Made by a program: the position numbers and the translations under genes
Source: an uncultured Verrucomicrobiae bacterium
GTDB lineage: Bacteria; Verrucomicrobiota; Verrucomicrobiia; Chthoniobacterales; UBA10450
Direction: 5' to 3'
DNA length: 64,000 bases
Assembly (NCBI GenBank): GCA_963735805.1
Contig: CAVTMK010000002.1
Location: forward strand, 1,184,001 to 1,248,000
Notes under the pieces: model-generated
What the model was told of the DNA's origin: nothing
Database searches by the model: none
What the model saw: the letters and a program-made list of their open reading frames with translations, nothing else
Shown here: positions 50,544 to 59,191 of the stretch, in pieces
Numbering within the stretch: the stretch's first letter is position 1
How the letters are laid out: the number at the start of each line of letters is the position of its first letter

Positions 50544-51236
50544 ATGTGGAAATTGTTTGCTGTGCTTTTGCTCTCCGTTACACCCGCGCTCGCACAGGAG
50601 AACGCTACTGCGTACGAGGCGCTTCGCGTGGTGGGAACTGAATTGGGCCGGGGGGTCGTAAATCATGTTGTATTGATTACCGGTGAGAAAGGGGATCCAC
50701 AGCCGGCAAAGTGGAAAATTATTTTGGAGGACCCTGATGGCGGTGGTGTGCGCGAACTTGAAGTCGCTGACGGCAAGATTGATTCCGAACACAGACCTGG
50801 GCGCTCAGTGGCAGGCTCCGCCGAAGGCGCAACGATCGATACAACGCATTTGAACCTGGATTCGAGCGGTGCCTATGAAATAGCAGCCCACACGGCTGAG
50901 TTATCGCACGCCAATTTTACAACAGCCGATTATAAGCTGCGCACCGATGAGCGCGGCGAACCGACCTGGATCGTTACTCTGTTGAGTCGATCATCGAGTC
51001 CGGTCGGCACCCTCCACATCGATGCAATGCGAGGCACGGTGAAGCGAACAGAAGGAATGTTTGCCGGCGCGACGATGGAAGATGTGGAGAACGATTACGA
51101 CAGCGACGGAGAAAACGGGCCATTTAGCGGGGTTAAAAGACGCATCAAGGACACTTTTCACCGGACACAGGACGAAGCGCGAGATATGTTTGAAAGAGTG
51201 AGGCGCTCGTTTTCCGATTTCATCAACCGCGGGTAA
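50544..51236 (+). CDS. secreted hypothetical protein
   Basis: Signal peptide ending ALA; stop overlaps next start (TAATG). Confidence 0.8.
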   Translation: MWKLFAVLLLSVTPALAQENATAYEALRVVGTELGRGVVNHVVLITGEKGDPQPAKWKIILEDPDGGGVRELEVADGKIDSEHRPGRSVAGSAEGATIDTTHLNLDSSGAYEIAAHTAELSHANFTTADYKLRTDERGEPTWIVTLLSRSSSPVGTLHIDAMRGTVKRTEGMFAGATMEDVENDYDSDGENGPFSGVKRRIKDTFHRTQDEARDMFERVRRSFSDFINRG

Positions 51237-52195
51237 TGGCAGTCAAAGTGAATGTCGAATCCAACCAGTGGCCTCTTCTGCCATTTGCAGAGTGGAAAGA
51301 CACGGCTGTCACCCTGCACATGTGGACGCAGATTGTTGGTAAGGTTCGGCTGACGCTCAGTCCATGGACGAATCACTCCTGGCACGTCACACTCTACGTC
51401 ACTTCACGCGGCCTAACGACTTCACCGATCCCGTACGGTTCGCACACTTTCGAGATACAGTTTGATTTGATCGATCATCAGCTGCTCATCGACAAGAGCG
51501 ATGGTGCGCGGCGAACCATTCAACTAAAACCGCAATCAGTTGCCGAGTTTTATCGGGTCGTGATAAAAACATTGAGCGATCTCGGAATGCCCGTGACCAT
51601 TAACACCACGCCTAACGAGATCGAGAATCCGATCCCGTTCGATCGGGATGAAGAACATCGTTCTTACGACCGCGAGTACGCGAACCGGTTCTGGCGTGTA
51701 CTCGTGCAAAGCGATCGCGTATTCAAGGAATTCCGCTCGCGCTTCTGTGGCAAGTGCAGTCCGGTTCATTTTTTCTGGGGCAGCTTTGATCTGGCAGTGA
51801 CGCGTTTCTCCGGGCGCCCAGCACCGCCCCATCCGGGCGGAGTTCCGCACTTGCCGGATGAGATCACGCGCGAGGCCTACTCGCAGGAAGTCAGCAGTCT
51901 GGGTTTCTGGCCGGGCAATGCGGCTGCGCCAACGCCACTCTTTTATTCCTATGCATATCCGGAACCGCCGGGGTTTTCAGAGGCGAAAATCCAACCGGAT
52001 GCCGCTCTCTATCAGGCCAAGTTGCGGGAGTTCGTACTGCCTTACGACGCGGTGCGCACTACTGAAAAACCGGACGAAACTCTTCTCGCCTTTGCGCAGA
52101 GCGCCTACGACGCTGCCTCGACCTTGGGCAAGTGGGACCGTAAGGGATTGGAGGAAAAGAAGCCAGTCTTGCATTCGGCTTCACAACATTCGTAA
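51236..52195 (+). CDS. DUF5996-family protein
   Basis: TLHMWTQIVGK, NHSWH, SPVHFFWGSFDLAVTRFSGR, FYSYAYPEP. Confidence 0.9.
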   Translation: MAVKVNVESNQWPLLPFAEWKDTAVTLHMWTQIVGKVRLTLSPWTNHSWHVTLYVTSRGLTTSPIPYGSHTFEIQFDLIDHQLLIDKSDGARRTIQLKPQSVAEFYRVVIKTLSDLGMPVTINTTPNEIENPIPFDRDEEHRSYDREYANRFWRVLVQSDRVFKEFRSRFCGKCSPVHFFWGSFDLAVTRFSGRPAPPHPGGVPHLPDEITREAYSQEVSSLGFWPGNAAAPTPLFYSYAYPEPPGFSEAKIQPDAALYQAKLREFVLPYDAVRTTEKPDETLLAFAQSAYDAASTLGKWDRKGLEEKKPVLHSASQHS

Positions 52196-52204
52196 TTAGG
52201 CGAG

Positions 52205-53143
52205 ATGAATCCTGGTTGCGCGGCCGAACAAAATGCGTGGCGTGAAGTGAAAGATGGATGGCGCCCTCTGTACGGCGATGTGGAGAAAATCGGAGTGGCC
52301 GTCGAATGGCACGACTTTCGCACCGAACACTCGTTTAACTGGGGTCGAACCTTCCATCCGAACAGCCTGGAGTTCTGTTTGAATCTCGATGGCCGTGGAG
52401 CTGTAGGCACTGAAGGTCGCGCGCGGAGCGATTATACTCCCGGTAACTGTGGTTATTATGCAATCGCCGATAAACCACTCCCCGCATCACGTCGGGCACG
52501 CGATCATCACCAATTCGTGACACTGGAGTTCTCGCGAGAACATTTACAAAAGCAATTTGTGCGAAACGAAGGTGACCTCGAGCCGGAGATTCGCCGGATT
52601 GTGTTTGGAGACGGGGAGGAAAACGTTGTCGCGCCCGCGCGCCCGATGACCCTGCAGCAGCGGAGCGTGGTTGCTAGTCTGGCAGACCCTCCCGTGGCAC
52701 AAGCAGCGCAGATCCTCTGGTATCAAGGCAAGGCCCTGGAGCTCATGGCGCATTTCCTTTTCGCGCCGAAGGATCCGGAATTTTTTTGTATGCGGCAAAA
52801 ACGCGTGGCGCGCGAACGCGTGGACCGCACGAAAGAACTTCTCGCTCGCGATCTCGCTAATCCGCCTACGCTGGAGATGATCGGCCAGGAGGTAGGCTGC
52901 AGCCCGTTCTATCTAAGCAGAATTTTTTCACGCGAAGTGGGCCTGACCATTCCGCAATATTTGCGCAACTTGCGAATGGAACGCGCAGCCGAGTTGTTGC
53001 GCACAGGGCGCTACAACGTCACCGAGGCTGCTACAGAAGTTGGTTACTCGAGCCTGAGCCATTTTAGCAAAGCATTTTGCGAAACCATTGGCTGCTGTCC
53101 GGTCCTGTATCCCGCGGCAAAGAATGTGATTCTGGATCGCTGA
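52205..53143 (+). CDS. AraC-family transcriptional regulator
   Basis: PPTL, SPFYLSR.F, NVTEAA..VGYSSLSHFSKAF. Confidence 0.93.
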   Translation: MNPGCAAEQNAWREVKDGWRPLYGDVEKIGVAVEWHDFRTEHSFNWGRTFHPNSLEFCLNLDGRGAVGTEGRARSDYTPGNCGYYAIADKPLPASRRARDHHQFVTLEFSREHLQKQFVRNEGDLEPEIRRIVFGDGEENVVAPARPMTLQQRSVVASLADPPVAQAAQILWYQGKALELMAHFLFAPKDPEFFCMRQKRVARERVDRTKELLARDLANPPTLEMIGQEVGCSPFYLSRIFSREVGLTIPQYLRNLRMERAAELLRTGRYNVTEAATEVGYSSLSHFSKAFCETIGCCPVLYPAAKNVILDR

Positions 53144-53223
53144 CGCGACCTGCGTTATTCGTGAATCGAGATTCGTAACTCGAAAGACGATGTGACGATT
53201 CTCGAATTTCGGGTCACGCTTGC

Positions 53224-54756
53224 ATGAAAATTACCCGCGCTCTCATTTCCGTTTCCGACAAGGCTGGTATCGCCACTTTTGCCCGTGCGCTGGAACAACA
53301 GGGCGTGGACATCATATCAACCGGCGGAACAGCCGACCTCCTGAGGAAAGAAAAAATTCCAGTGCGCGAGATTTCGAGCTTCACCGCATTTCCGGAAGTG
53401 CTGGAGGGACGTGTGAAGACGTTGCATCCGCGTGTGCACGGCGGTCTCCTATACAAGCGTGGTAATGAGAAACACGAGGCTGAAGCGCGCGAATGTGGGT
53501 TCGAGCCAATCGATCTGGTCGTAGTGAACCTTTATCCGTTCGAAGCCACGATTGCCAAGCCCGAGGTAACGCTGGCGGAAGCGATCGAGAATATCGATAT
53601 CGGCGGACCGTCGATGATTCGCAGCGCGGCAAAAAACTACGAATCGGTCACAGTGGTAGTTGATCCGGGAGATTACAACTCGGTGTTGGAAGAGATACGC
53701 GATAACAATGGCGAAACGACACTCAAATTGCGCGAGCGCCTGGCCATCAAAGCCTTCACCAGGACCGCTGAATATGATCGCGCAATCGGCACCTTCCTGA
53801 ACAAAGAGCAGACAACGGACGCCTCCTTTTCACTTTCGCTCCCACTGGTGACGCGGTTGCGCTACGGAGAAAATCCACATCAGACCGCCGCCCTTTACGG
53901 CGATTTCGACAAATGCTTTGAAAAACTTCACGGCAAGGAACTCTCCTTCAACAACATTTTGGACATCAGCGCGGCGACGAATCTAATTGCTGAATTCGAA
54001 GAACCGACCGTCGCGATTTTGAAGCATACCAACCCGTGTGGTGTTGGTTCGGATGCCGATCTTCGCAAGGCGTGGAACAAGGCGTTTGCCACGGATAAAC
54101 AGGCGCCCTTTGGTGGGATTATCATCTGTAACCGTCCATTGACCGAAGCGCTGGCGAAAGTGATCAGCGAGATTTTCAGCGAGGTAATTATTGCCCCGGA
54201 TTTTGAGCCGGAAGCGCGCAGCATCTTGCAAAAGAAAAAGAACCTGCGCCTCATTCGGTTGGCGACGCCCGCGAAAGATGCCAGGCCTCCAGTTGACGTT
54301 CGTTCGGTCTGCCGCGGTGTGCTGGTTCAGGACGCAGATATTGCAGAAGAGATAACATCCGGCAGCGGTCGGATCGTAACGAAGAGGCGACCAACCAGGA
54401 CGGAGCTGAAGGCGATGTTGTTCGGGTGGCGAGTGGTCAAACACGTGAAGTCGAACGCGATTGTGTACGCCCGTTCAGATCGGACACTTGGCATCGGCGC
54501 AGGACAGATGTCGCGAATCGATGCTTCGCGTATTGCAATTTGGAAAGCGAAGGAGGCCGGGCTCTCGCTTAAAGGCAGCGCGGTCGCGAGCGATGCGTTT
54601 TTTCCCTTCCCCGATGGCTTGATCGCAGCGGCTGACGCAGGCGCAACATGCGCCATCCAGCCGGGCGGGTCAGTCCGCGACGATGAAGTGATTGCCGCCG
54701 CCAACGAACGCAACATTGCGATGATCCTCACCGGCGTCAGGCATTTTCGGCACTGA
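53224..54756 (+). CDS. purH: bifunctional AICAR transformylase/IMP cyclohydrolase
   Basis: [50 protein letters not shown]. Confidence 0.99.
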   Translation: MKITRALISVSDKAGIATFARALEQQGVDIISTGGTADLLRKEKIPVREISSFTAFPEVLEGRVKTLHPRVHGGLLYKRGNEKHEAEARECGFEPIDLVVVNLYPFEATIAKPEVTLAEAIENIDIGGPSMIRSAAKNYESVTVVVDPGDYNSVLEEIRDNNGETTLKLRERLAIKAFTRTAEYDRAIGTFLNKEQTTDASFSLSLPLVTRLRYGENPHQTAALYGDFDKCFEKLHGKELSFNNILDISAATNLIAEFEEPTVAILKHTNPCGVGSDADLRKAWNKAFATDKQAPFGGIIICNRPLTEALAKVISEIFSEVIIAPDFEPEARSILQKKKNLRLIRLATPAKDARPPVDVRSVCRGVLVQDADIAEEITSGSGRIVTKRRPTRTELKAMLFGWRVVKHVKSNAIVYARSDRTLGIGAGQMSRIDASRIAIWKAKEAGLSLKGSAVASDAFFPFPDGLIAAADAGATCAIQPGGSVRDDEVIAAANERNIAMILTGVRHFRH

Positions 54757-54769
54757 CGCGCATTTCTGT

Positions 54770-54863
54770 TGTCATTCCGAGCGGAGGCGAAGAATCTCAG
54801 GTCTTTCTTTAACCTGTTCGACAAACGAATAGTCAGAGATGTTTCGATCCGCTCAACATGAAA
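54770..54863. repeat. gtcattccgagc-type REP doublet (family C)
   Basis: tgtcattccgagcggaggcgaagaatctc ... gagatgtttcgatccgctcaacatga; inverted relative at 62438. Confidence 0.8.
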
Positions 54864-56041
54864 AGAATCGATCGATCGACCCGCCGCGCGTAATTAACAT
54901 TGAGGATTTACGACGGGAGGCGAAACGCAGGCTGCCGCGAGCCGTATTTGATTACATCGATGGCGGCGCAGAGGACGAACGCACGTTGCGCGCTAACTGC
55001 CGCGCGTTTGAAGAAGTAACATTTCGGCCGCGTTGCGCCGTTGCGACGCCGACATGCGATCTGGGCGTGTCCGTGTTCGGCAAATCTCTATCCATGCCGT
55101 TGATCCTTGCGCCTGTTGGTAGCAGCCGACTCATGTATCCGCGCGGCGAGGAAGCTGCAGCAGGCGCGGCTGGAGTTGCCGGAATTACCTATACGCTTTC
55201 AACGCTCTCTGGCTGTCGCCTGGAGGATGTTGCCGCGGCATCGAAGGGAACGCTTTGGTATCAGCTTTATCTTGTCGGTGGACGTGATTGCGCGCTTTCT
55301 GCCATCGAACGCGCGAAAGCCACGGGTTTTTCGGCGTTAGTTGTTACAATCGACACGGCGGTGTCCGGTATGCGGGAACGCGATCTGCGAAATGGCGTCA
55401 GGGAACTACTAAGCGACCGTCTGGGATCGAAACTGCCGTTTGTCAGTCAATTACTAATGAAACCTCGCTGGCTTGCCGGGTTTCTAGCCGATGGCGGACT
55501 AATGAAGTTCCCGAATGTCGTTATCCCTGAAAAAGGGCCGATGTTGTATGCCGATGTCACAGCCGCTCTCGAGCACTCAGTGGTAACCTGGGATGATCTC
55601 GAGTGGATTCAACGGGCATGGAGCGGACCCATAATAATAAAGGGGATCCACACCGGCGACGATGCCCGTCGCGCGGTGGACGTAGGTGCGAACGCCTTGG
55701 TCGTATCCAATCACGGCGGACGCCAACTCGACGGTGTCGCGCCGACTCTGCGCGTTTTGCCTGAAGTTGTGGCAAGCGTAGGTAATCAGATCGAGGTGCT
55801 TCTGGATAGTGGTATTCGCCGGGGGAGCGACATTGTGAAAGCGCTCTGCCTGGGCGCTCGAGGAGTAATGGTCGGGCGCGCTTATGCCTACGGTCTTGGC
55901 GCCGCTGGTGGTGCCGGCGTTGCGCGAGCAATTGAAATTTTGCGCGCCGATCTCATTCGAACTCTCAAACTTCTCGGCTGCGCGTCAGTGGCTGAGCTCA
56001 ATCGATCCTATCTGGATGTGCCCGCGGATTGGCCTGGATAG
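54839..56041 (+). CDS. FMN-dependent alpha-hydroxy acid dehydrogenase (LldD/MdlB-like)
   Basis: FDYIDGGA, WYQLY, RERD, IKGI, VSNHGGRQLD, DSGIRRG. Confidence 0.95.
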   Translation: MFRSAQHEKNRSIDPPRVINIEDLRREAKRRLPRAVFDYIDGGAEDERTLRANCRAFEEVTFRPRCAVATPTCDLGVSVFGKSLSMPLILAPVGSSRLMYPRGEEAAAGAAGVAGITYTLSTLSGCRLEDVAAASKGTLWYQLYLVGGRDCALSAIERAKATGFSALVVTIDTAVSGMRERDLRNGVRELLSDRLGSKLPFVSQLLMKPRWLAGFLADGGLMKFPNVVIPEKGPMLYADVTAALEHSVVTWDDLEWIQRAWSGPIIIKGIHTGDDARRAVDVGANALVVSNHGGRQLDGVAPTLRVLPEVVASVGNQIEVLLDSGIRRGSDIVKALCLGARGVMVGRAYAYGLGAAGGAGVARAIEILRADLIRTLKLLGCASVAELNRSYLDVPADWPG

Positions 56042-56125
56042 TGACGAAGACCGCTTCGGCGATGAATCGCTAACATTACGTCCTGAGATTCGAACTACGA
56101 TTTAACGGTTCCACGATTCAACCAT

Positions 56126-56332
56126 TTAACGCGACGAAGTCGTCGAAGAGAGTCGCCACAGCCAAATGCAAAGGATGGCTGCAATGATGAGCGCAACCCA
56201 GCTCACTCCCATCGGAATCTGATTGGTGCCCACTTGCACTGGAATCTGGTTGATCAATCTGATCAGATGGCCGATTGCAAAAATTGCGAAAAGAATGCTC
56301 GCGACGCGTAATCCAGTTCTTTGAGAGTTCAT
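56126..56332 (-). CDS. small two-TM membrane protein
   Basis: F...A..HL.RL pattern with two hydrophobic helices. Confidence 0.7.
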   Translation of the reverse strand: MNSQRTGLRVASILFAIFAIGHLIRLINQIPVQVGTNQIPMGVSWVALIIAAILCIWLWRLSSTTSSR

Positions 56333-56380
56333 GGGGTGATTCTTGTGAGTGTGTTTTGATTTGTCAGCAAAAATACACGG

Positions 56381-56926
56381 TTATGCCAGGCTTCTTCGCA
56401 GGGACGCCGCTTGTACGATGATACCAAGAATCACAAGACCGATGAACACAATTGTCGATCCGGACGGCGGAAGCACAATCGCGCTTTGAATCAGGTGCGC
56501 GCCGATTAGAGACGAGACAACGATCAGCGCCCAATCAAACAAGAAGAGGAGCAATATTGCGCCCACAACGCCCCCTGCCAGAAAAATGATGGTAGAGTGC
56601 TGCGCATACTGAACAAAAAATGCGGCAGCGATTGCGCCGGCGAGTTTGCCACCTGCCAGAAAACCGAGAACAGCAATTGCGATTTTCTGAAGGAACAGCG
56701 CGAGCAGCGCCCCAATCAAGCCAAGTACCAATGCAACGCTTAATGCCAACAGTGGCGATGGCTCATGGACAAGATGCGGGGTAAGCTCCACGCCCGCGGC
56801 GAATCCCACTGCTGCAACGCACAGCCAGAACAACTTCCGGCCAAATAACAGAATAACGATCCCGATCAGCGCGCCAACGATTGCGACGGAAAAGTGTAAT
56901 GGCGGAAGAGGGTTTTGAATGGCCAT
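56381..56926 (-). CDS. DUF4203 (TMEM198-like) membrane protein
   Basis: FGRKLF, Gly-rich TM repeats, SSL.GA. Confidence 0.8.
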   Translation of the reverse strand: MAIQNPLPPLHFSVAIVGALIGIVILLFGRKLFWLCVAAVGFAAGVELTPHLVHEPSPLLALSVALVLGLIGALLALFLQKIAIAVLGFLAGGKLAGAIAAAFFVQYAQHSTIIFLAGGVVGAILLLFLFDWALIVVSSLIGAHLIQSAIVLPPSGSTIVFIGLVILGIIVQAASLRRSLA

Positions 56927-57093
56927 GTTGTACAGCCGTTTGTGGCAAACGCCTGTTTATTTGATTTCGGTGCGCGACACAAGCACCGTGGCGTCCTCAA
57001 GCCGACACGGGCTCGATTTCCTTGCTATCTTCCGAAACGTACGCGAAGTAACGAGCGCGTCGGTTGGACATGCTGGCATGACTAATCCATTTT

Positions 57094-57167
57094 CGGGCTG
57101 TGGCTCAGCTTGGTAGAGCGCCTGGTTCGGGACCAGGAGGCCGTGGGTTCAAATCCCACCAGCCCGA
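57094..57167 (+). tRNA. tRNA-Pro (CGG)
   Basis: cgggctgtggctcagcttggtagagcgcctggttCGGgaccaggaggccgtgggttcaaatcccaccagcccga cloverleaf; no encoded CCA. Confidence 0.97.
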
Positions 57168-57190
57168 TGTGAACGATCCTTCGTCGCGAA

Positions 57191-57427
57191 ATGTTTTATT
57201 GTTACGTTTTGCGCAGTGTCAAAACCGGACGACGCTATGTGGGCTCTTGCGAGGATCTAGCTGAGCGTGTTCGCCGTCATAATGCTGGCGAGTCCAAGGC
57301 GACCAAACATGGAGTACCGTGGATCCTGGTTCGCAGCGAAAGCTTTATGACTCGCTCGGAGGCAGCGCTGCGCGAACGATACTACAAGACCGGGCGAGGT
57401 AGGGATGAGCTCGATGAGCTGTCGTAG
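57191..57427 (+). CDS. stand-alone GIY-YIG nuclease, copy 1
   Basis: FYCYVL..., RRYVGSC, RVRRHN, A..RE..YK motifs, 78 aa. Confidence 0.92.
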   Translation: MFYCYVLRSVKTGRRYVGSCEDLAERVRRHNAGESKATKHGVPWILVRSESFMTRSEAALRERYYKTGRGRDELDELS

Positions 57428-57498
57428 AGCGGTCGCCGCGGCGACAGGCCGTGGGTTCAAATCCCACCAGCCCGATGTGAACGATCCTTCGTCGCGAA

Positions 57499-57735
57499 AT
57501 GTTTTATTGTTACGTTTTGCGCAGTGTCAAAACCGGACGACGCTATGTGGGCTCTTGCGAGGATCTAGCTGAGCGTGTTCGCCGTCATAATGCTGGCGAG
57601 TCCAAGGCGACCAAACATGGAGTACCGTGGATCCTGGTTCGCAGCGAAAGCTTTATGACTCGCTCGGAGGCAGCGCTGCGCGAACGATACTACAAGACCG
57701 GGCGAGGTAGGGATGAGCTCGATGAGCTGTCGTAG
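57499..57735 (+). CDS. stand-alone GIY-YIG nuclease, copy 2
   Basis: Same translation as copy 1. Confidence 0.92.
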   Translation: MFYCYVLRSVKTGRRYVGSCEDLAERVRRHNAGESKATKHGVPWILVRSESFMTRSEAALRERYYKTGRGRDELDELS

Positions 57736-57806
57736 AGCGGTCGCCGCGGCGACAGGCCGTGGGTTCAAATCCCACCAGCCCGATGTGAACGATCCTTCGT
57801 CGCGAA

Positions 57807-58043
57807 ATGTTTTATTGTTACGTTTTGCGCAGTGTCAAAACCGGACGACGCTATGTGGGCTCTTGCGAGGATCTAGCTGAGCGTGTTCGCCGTCATAATG
57901 CTGGCGAGTCCAAGGCGACCAAACATGGAGTACCGTGGATCCTGGTTCGCAGCGAAAGCTTTATGACTCGCTCGGAGGCAGCGCTGCGCGAACGATACTA
58001 CAAGACCGGGCGAGGTAGGGATGAGCTCGATGAGCTGTCGTAG
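57807..58043 (+). CDS. stand-alone GIY-YIG nuclease, copy 3
   Basis: Same translation as copy 1. Confidence 0.92.
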   Translation: MFYCYVLRSVKTGRRYVGSCEDLAERVRRHNAGESKATKHGVPWILVRSESFMTRSEAALRERYYKTGRGRDELDELS

Positions 58044-58339
58044 AGCGGTCGCCGCGGCGACAGGCCGTGGGTTCAAATCCCACCAGCCCGATGTGAACTC
58101 CTGATATGACGATGGAATTTTGTAACTGAATCCGTTACGAGCATTGCATTTCCGCTAACGAGTCTGTAGACTGTAAAAGCGTTCGGACTTGACAACGGGC
58201 TCCTTCACTTGGAAAGTCCACACTCCTTTTTACCATGCTTGCCCCGCAACTTACCCCATCCGCCCTTGCGGCCACGATGCCGGTCATTCTTCAATTCCCG
58301 ATCCCGCAACCGCGGGACGCCGTCCGATCCTTGCGCCAT

Positions 58340-58558
58340 ATGACGACTCAACTTCTCCAAGAAGCAGCTCAGGTGATCCCGAATCAGCAACTTCTGATCA
58401 ACGTCGTTTCCAAACGCGTTCGCCAGCTTGGCCTAGGACATCGGCCAATGGTGGAGACGACACCGCGAATGTCGCTCACCGATATTGCACTCAAGGAAAT
58501 CATTGCCGGCAAGTTGACCTACGAGCAACTCCAGGAATCTGCCGACGGCGCCGCGTAG
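58340..58558 (+). CDS. rpoZ: RNA polymerase omega subunit
   Basis: IPN...LINVVSKRVRQL..G..P, DIALKEI..GKL; start at ATG 58340 inferred. Confidence 0.85.
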   Translation: MTTQLLQEAAQVIPNQQLLINVVSKRVRQLGLGHRPMVETTPRMSLTDIALKEIIAGKLTYEQLQESADGAA

Positions 58559-58642
58559 GCAGCGATCGAATACAGCGGGCGACGCTCGTTTCCTAGTTTA
58601 AGAGTTTCTGTTCGGGGGAAAGCTGTCAGTTTCCCTGTCCAT

Positions 58643-59107
58643 ATGGCAGCAGAGTCGATTACCAATCGCAAAGCCCTTCGCGATTATCATATTCTCGAGC
58701 GGTACGAGGCGGGCATCGAACTCAAAGGCAGCGAGGTCAAGTCGATCCGAGCGGGTAAGGCAAATATCAGCGACGCTTTCGCGCGAATCGAGAATGGTGA
58801 AGCATTTCTTTATAATGCGGATATTCAGCCATACGAACGCGCCAGCCACGAGATTCCCGAAGCAAAACGAGTCCGCAAACTTTTGTTGCATCGGCAGGAA
58901 ATCGACAAGCTCTATGGCGAGACACAGATCAAAGGCCGCGCGCTGGTTGTTCTGAAGTTGTATTGGAAGAACGGAAAGCTAAAAGCTGAGCTGGGTGTAG
59001 GGCACGGTAAGGAAGCACGCGATAAGCGGTCGGACCTGAAGAAACGCGCTGTCGATCGGGAAACAGCACGCGAAGTCGCGCGTTTCAACCGGCGACACGG
59101 AGCATAG
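58643..59107 (+). CDS. smpB: SsrA-binding protein
   Basis: NRKA..DY, EAGIEL.GSEVKSIR, RKLLLH..EI, DKR. Confidence 0.98.
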   Translation: MAAESITNRKALRDYHILERYEAGIELKGSEVKSIRAGKANISDAFARIENGEAFLYNADIQPYERASHEIPEAKRVRKLLLHRQEIDKLYGETQIKGRALVVLKLYWKNGKLKAELGVGHGKEARDKRSDLKKRAVDRETAREVARFNRRHGA

Positions 59108-59191
59108 GTGCGTGCGACCACTCGTCGTTGATCCATGCTGCTGCCGTTCAGGTTGCCGTGGAGGCTGCGGTGCTGGATTGTGGTTTCCTGA

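Larger units (their letters stand above)
57138..58098 (+). repeat. tandem array of 3 x 308-bp units bounded by 4 copies of a 37-bp tRNA-Pro 3' segment
   Basis: aggccgtgggttcaaatcccaccagcccgatgtgaac at 57138, 57446, 57754, 58062 (period 308); identical ORF translations in each unit. Confidence 0.97.

Noticed and set aside
57446..58091. Three additional functional tRNA-Pro genes
   Set aside because: They lack an anticodon loop and a canonical 5' half; reported as mimics instead.
57138..58098. CRISPR array (37-bp repeats at regular spacing)
   Set aside because: The intervening 271-bp segments are identical and protein-coding, the repeat is a tRNA 3' end, and no cas genes are present.
58099..58640. 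tmRNA (ssrA) next to smpB
   Set aside because: No GGGG 5' end, T-arm/CCA end or tag reading frame was recognised; most of the region is rpoZ and its leader.
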